A stretch of DNA of 52,207 bases, counting the filler, from Sphacelaria rigidula (lineage: Eukaryota): the NCBI GenBank assembly GCA_964200075.2. It is 4 parts of 4 records of this genome, joined end to end, with 100 filler letters (N's around TTAATTAATTAA, not from the genome) between each part and the next. Parts side by side here need not be neighbours in the genome. Positions count along the whole stretch, not along the records: positions 39,234 to 52,207 come from CAXNAA020003255.1; 3 more parts are not named here. One strand, 5' to 3'. A program made the translations under genes and the position numbers. This document shows positions 46,380 to 52,207 of the stretch, one piece after another (the stretch's first letter is position 1; each line of letters begins with the position of its first letter). The notes below the pieces were generated by a model that saw only the letters and a list, made by a program, of their open reading frames with translations, did no database searches and was not told the DNA's origin.

Positions 46380-49089
46380 GAGTTTTTTTAATCCTTGTGT
46401 ACTCAACTCTTCCAGATCGGTCACTTATCGTCGCGTTACTTCTGAATGACTGAGAAAAAATCTTATTGCAGTGCTTTCTATTGGTGTCCCTGTTCAATTG
46501 CATGCAGGGAGCGTTGACGTTTTTGGCACCGCATGGTTTGTGTATCATATACTTCAAAACTTTTTCTGTAAGAAGGCCGTTAGCGATACTGGCGTCTGGA
46601 ATTCTGGCCCACACCCACTTGTCAATTTCGTTCAGGCTGTCAGGGCCAGCGTTTTTGAACATGTAGAGAAGATGTGCGTGTGGAAAGCCTCGTTTCTGGA
46701 ACTCCACTACTCCAAGGTGCGCTAGGTAATCCCCGAAAGCTTTTCCGCTTTTGAGCTCTGCCATGATTTCCCGAAGTTTCATTTTGAACACACGACAACA
46801 TAAATCTGGTCTATCATAGGCAGTTTGTCCGGGGAGAAGATTGCTCGTGATTTCCGACCAATTAGCTTTCATGGTCACAGTGATGAATAAATGCGGTCGA
46901 CCCAATCTGTTGACGATGGCGAGAGCGTCTTCGGTATCAGACTGCCGTTTGCTGGGAGTTCCAGCGTGAGATGCTGCGAGAAGTTTGCCGGGGTTATCAG
47001 AGGCTGAAGCACTGCGTCTGGAACGATCAGTTGCAAGCCGTTGTTGAAGGGGGCTATGCTCGGCAAACGAAAGACGTTCCTCTTCTAACCGACTCAGAGA
47101 ATCACACGCCCATTCCTGTGCGATACGACTGTTAGTTTTAAAAATTCATTCTGACAGAATACGTTGACAGCAGCAAAAAGGGAAAGGAACATGACAATCA
47201 TTTGCACGATTCATGGTTTTTGATTCGGTACGGGAGTTTCTCACTGGGATTGCCCTTGCTCTAGCCTGCTTCACCATGTAAGAACAACAGAGGAAACTGC
47301 AATGTCTCATACGCTGGGATCCAAAGGGGAAGAAAACGTGGCTTTGAGTCTGGACTATTCACGGGGTAGGTAACAACTGCACGCTCACCACTGTCCGGTC
47401 AACTCGATGTATACACTGAAGCGGCAATCTCAGGGAGTCGACATCTGTTCCCCTAGTACAGGACCATCATTTGTACGGCTGACGTCAGCAAATGCGATGT
47501 AGGGCGGAGGCGAGTTGAGATCATCGACGCCTGGACCATGTAAAACAGAATCCACAGCTGAGCGATAATCTTGTGCCCACCTAATGTTTCCATGAATGTG
47601 AGCGCGAAGGGTACCTGCTATGTCTTCGTCAAGATTTTGAGTTACACAATGTTCAGCAAATTCACTATCGTATGTATAGAATCTGCGATACATTCATATC
47701 GTCATACTGCTGCTGGAAATCAAATATTTTATGGTATGCTTTGCCATGAAGACATAGCATGCTGTTACCGCGAGTTTCTGTCCAACCCCTAACGCAGTAA
47801 AGCTAAAAAGCCCGTTATACCTTATTTGTGCTCGCTGGAACCTAGAACTCGACAAAATATCCATCAATTCTGCGCTGACAGGTTGTAGGGGGTGTATGGT
47901 GTATTTCTCACGGTTGCAACAATTGAGGCCGAGCCTTTGTTCTTCTTTCCACAGAACGGAATTGAAATGCGCACAGACGTAGTTATTTTCATGATGCAAG
48001 TCGGGATATTGAAAAGTATAAGGGGTTGAAGGGTAAGTTGTAGAAGGATGATTATATTCTCGAATGCCACGCAAGCTGTCGTTACCGCCGAGATCATCAT
48101 TACACATCACGTTGTTGTCAAGGAGCCTCGGAGCCCTGCCACGCATTACGGTTGAAGTGTTGTTGGGCAAAATTTACTTGAGCTTCATCGGTACTCCTTC
48201 GATTCTGTGCAGCAGCACGACGCTCTCTCAATATTTGTGCACGCCTGGATCGTCTTTCTCTAACTGAATTGATATGACGGCTCAAGAAGGATCTCGTTTG
48301 CCGACCACTAGACGATGTCGTTTCTCCGAAAATATTCGAGTGTCGCAAAGATGATCTCCGTCAACGAGTCGAAGTTGATATTTATCTGCACTTTTAAGGT
48401 GGCGAGTGCCAATTTATATTTTCAGATCGTCAAGATAAAAATGATCTGCGCACCTCGAAAGTCTTTGTAAGCGTCCGGTGCGTCCGCGGAGGACTTGGCG
48501 GACTCCTCCTCGTGCGTGGTGCCGAATTCCGTGTGGACCCTCTTGGTGCTGAGGATTTCGGCGACCATTGAGGCCCAGAGACGCTGTGAGCAGTACAGGT
48601 GGAGAGGAGGGGAGTCCCAGTCCTTCACTCACCACCAGATCGCCGACCCTGATCTTCCCAGTGCAAGCGTTCGTGATGTCCTTGGTGTTGGTCGAGCCGT
48701 TGGACATGTAGCACGATTTCTGTGATTTTTTAAATGCAGGGTGGAAAAAGTGGGGAGGGAAAACAGGTAAAAGTTGAGAGACCGAAGGTGACCTCGACTA
48801 CTCCCACAAGTCCAGGGATGCCGTGAAGCCCCGGGCTATCTTCGAGGAGGGCAATCCAGATTGGCCGTGTCCCTCGCCAGCTAAGTGCGCGGGCCATATC
48901 AGGGCCATTAAAAATGAGGATGGTGAGGGAGAGTTTGGCTCGTGTGACCACAGGGTCTACGGCGACCTCGACAGCTGCCAGGTGACGACCACCCTTCTGC
49001 AACCCAGCAGTGACCACCCGAAGTTGTGCTTGGGGTGCATCTCTCCTGTTGGCGGCCTTCCCAGCCTCGGCGATCGCACCTAGCCGGCA

Positions 49090-49705
49090 TATTTTGGATC
49101 GTTTTCCATGAAATTTTTACACAGTGTACACGTCGCATGTACGAAGACTCCATCTTTGGCCCCCTACGGTTTTTTTTTTGTGGGGAGGGGGGAGAGTTAT
49201 TCACGATTCTGTTCCGAAATAAACTGTTCTAAAATGTTTGGTCGCCGATAACTCACGCAGAAGAAAATAAATGTACGGGGCTGAAGGTGGAGTCTTCGCA
49301 CATACATCGTGTACACTGTCTCAAAAATTCATAGAAAACGACCCGAAATTAAGCTGCTAAATCGCGTGTTCGTGTCGAAGACTGGTTCCTACGTGCAGAT
49401 GGACCAGCCACCAAAAAATGAAGGCGCGGTTACCCTGTCCAATCTAAAGTATTTTCCCAAGAAATTTCGAGATGATGCGCATGACGTATGTTGTGAAGTC
49501 CCTATTGTCCCTCCTTGCTCAACTTATTTTTTTCAATGAGTTGTCGACGCTTTTTTATCAGGAAAAATGTTCCGAGAGGTAGATCACCAATAACTCACGG
49601 GGAGAAGAAAAAAAAAAAGAGAGGCAAACGGTGGCGGCTTCACATATACCTCATGTATATCGTGTCAATTTTTCATGGAAATTTCATGGAAATCGACTTG
49701 AAATT
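49090..49705. repeat. Three copies of an approximately 110-bp unit (one inverted, two direct)
   Basis: 49090-49200 is the reverse complement of 49248-49350 (GGAGTCTTCG.ACAT...GTGTACACTGT..AAAA.TTCAT.GAAAACGA). A diverged third copy is at about 49589-49705. Confidence 0.72.
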
Positions 49706-51260
49706 GAGCAGTGGAATCGCGTTTTTCGGTCGAGAACCGGTTCACTTGCTTTTACTGTAGAGTACAACAACCTCAGCCGGAACATTTACGTTTTCTACAA
49801 GCCCGACGCCTTGGGGCGCTGGAGGTCTCGTCTGCGTGCCGTCTCAGACCCTGCGCGCGTATAGTACGACATGCATTGTTGTACAACCACAACCAGTGCA
49901 GCACCATCACTTTCTGGCCGCGGCACAACCTACCGTAACCGTAAATGCGATTTCAGCCGTTTTTCTTTCCTACTTCCGCCGCACATGCCACCCTCAACTG
50001 TCTACACCTCGCAGCTGACTACAGATTTGGCATTTTGTTTGATGGGAATTGTGAAATCGCAGTGCTACGTGAAGTGAAAGACGCGCGTTGATTATTTGCA
50101 GATTACCAAGATGTGTCATAGTATGCACGACTCGCGATAGATCATCAATTAGAACCGGCTGAAGGAAAGTCCGCTTCTAAGGCGTGCCAGTCTGTACCAA
50201 ACCCCCCCCCAGAAACTTGGAGCAATTTGAAACTGTAGAAAAGAGTAGAAAATGTTACGACTTTATGAAGGAGACAAAAAACGGCAGTCCATCACGTTTT
50301 TTCCACTTACGCACAGAAGATCCTTGTTAAATTGGGGCTGCAAACGCTTTGAATTGGACCACGCGCGGAACTTTTGTGTTGAGACCGTTGCGTCCCAGTG
50401 ATCTAACTAATATACAAGACTTGAAGTTACGGAGGTCACGAATTCGAATCCCGACATATTTTTTTTGTCGCACAACCTAGGTTTCGTCGTTGACGTAATT
50501 TTTTATACAGAACCTCTTTATGTTGATTGAAAAATGTAAGTCCGGTACTCCGCACGAGCTTTTGCCCTCAAAATGCGCGAAACAGGTTCTTCTCGCTCCG
50601 TGCGCCCTGGGCTCTTTTCTCCAAGACCCATCTAGAACACTCCCGGCTTCTCTGGATGCCCAGTTGCAGAGAATCACTCCCAGCACCTTTTTCCCCCCAG
50701 CTGTCAGAAAAGCGATCACCATCGGGGATTGAATCGAGAAGAAGCGTTGCAGCCCAGTCTCAAGTCGATATTTGTGCCTGTGTTCCATTGGTATGTGACA
50801 ATCGGCTCCAAGGTACTCTCCTATGATGGAGCTGCTGACGAGCTTGATGCTATCTCGCAGAATTCCCAGTGCACTCTCGGCGTCCGTGTCGAAGTTGTCA
50901 TACGTACGTCCACCGCGTTTGACTTGAAGAAAAAACTCAAAACACGCTGTCATGCCAAGACCTGAGACACACCCGGTACTCAATGCAGTACAAAAACGTC
51001 ATCGCCACGAGTGGACAAAAAAGAGCAAGATATATATTTTTATAGAGAGCGGGGTGTACCCTCCTGGTTTGTTCGCAAGAAAGGGTGCTCCCACAGGCTA
51101 CCCTTCTCCGCGCCGTAGTTAAGCCCAATGCCTTGTGTGGAAATGAACAGAAATGGTCGTGCATGCTACCCAGACACCTTGTGCGTGGGGCTAAGGCGCT
51201 GGACCATGTTTTCGAGGTGTTTAGCCCGCGTGCAGCGCCGCGCCCTAAACCGAAAAATTC

Positions 51261-51735
51261 GTTACTTTTTTTTTGTATATTACCCCAAAATAATATAGGT
51301 AAAAAAAACTGCTTTTTTGTCCCTTCTCCGTCGTTTTACGCCCGGAAAGAGGGCTAGGCGGATGTGGACACCTTGGGATAACTTGCGCTAACCGCTGAGA
51401 CCTTTCCCGGGCACCTCCGCGTTTTCCGGCGCCTGCGGTTTTGTTTTTGGCCAAACTTGCACTCTCAAAAACAAACTGTCAATTTGTGAAAAAAAGAATG
51501 GAGGAATTTTTATTACTTGAATTTTTGTCATTAAAAACGCAAGTTCGACGAAAAACAAAACTACGGCCACCGGGAAGCGCAAAGGTGCACTGGAATGGTC
51601 TCAACGAGTACTCGTAGAGCAAGTCATTGCAAGGTGTCAACATCTGCCTAGCCTTCTTTTCGGGCGAAAAACGACAGAGGAGGGTCAAAAGGCAGTTTTC
51701 AACAAGATCGTTTTTTTGACACATACGAAGTGGCC
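51261..51735. mobile_element. Second Harbinger-type foldback MITE, left end eroded, no nested hAT
   Basis: CCTTCTCCGTCGTTTT..GAAAGAGGGCTAGGCGG arms homologous to 44897-45517. Right end GAAGTGGCC|TTA. Confidence 0.82.
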
Positions 51736-52207
51736 TTAGTGAATGAAGTATTTGAGGGTTGACTGCTGTAAAGGGCGTGTCTTGACTTGTGGTATTTGCT
51801 GCGTTGACTGTACGTGACGGGATATAACACCCCCTCTGAATCACGCGTGTTTTTGACCTTCATTTCTCACGAAGTGCTGCTGCTATTCTCCAGAAAAAGG
51901 TCAGCTTCATGGAAAGATCTCGACGAGATATTTTCAAAACCACGACGTTTGGTTCAAAAGCCTCTGAAGCGTGTAACAGCTAGTCCAGGTCGCACGGGCG
52001 GGTCTGTCGATTACGTCTAGGCTTACTGTACGTGCCAATGCATCCGACTGTCGAGAAATGTTTTTGCTATCCAATCCAGCACATAGCACATAGCACAGCA
52101 ATGACGACGGTCCAGAGAGGGGGGGGGGGGGGGGGGAAACCCCCCGGTTGGGGGGTTGTTTTTTTAAGGCGGGCCTTGCTTTGTAAACCCCGGTTGGGTT
52201 GTCGTTT

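Larger units (their letters stand above)
41638..48300 (-). mobile_element. Helitron RepHel pseudogene (Zn region, HUH Rep, Pif1 helicase, OTU), with nested insertions; element termini not defined
   Basis: LWKEE..CCNREK..RYNGLFSFTALG. Rep motifs PHLFITVT, VVEFQKRGFPHAHLL, KYLFKYVHKG. Helicase motifs DARAGTGKT, IVWDELPM, GGK....GDWRH, FPLRTAYAMTINKIQGQT, LYVALSR. Multiple frameshifts. Confidence 0.95.

Overview
Eukaryotic, repeat-rich draft-scaffold DNA, probably from a brown alga (inferred from long introns and the transposon families, not proven). It is four contigs joined by 100-nt N spacers with an artificial TTAATTAATTAA linker. Host genes: (1) a minus-strand gene for a coiled-coil protein with at least 8 phase-consistent exons (9604 to 379, running off the left edge); (2) the 3' exons of a minus-strand membrane-protein gene (19085 to 17219) with a DEG/ENaC-like TM2 region. 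Each gene appears to use one GC-AG intron. Most of the rest is mobile DNA: two LINE families, a tRNA-derived SINE, a MITE family with 4-bp target site duplications (TSDs), an internally deleted Ty3/Gypsy chromovirus with both LTRs, a Copia RT fragment, and a decayed Helitron. The Helitron Rep-Pif1 helicase is fused to a C-terminal OTU protease domain and is interrupted by nested piggyBac-, Harbinger- and hAT-type insertions; removing each one restores the frame. The most unusual signal is a LINE with no poly(A) tail whose copies end at, and duplicate, oligo-C target sites.
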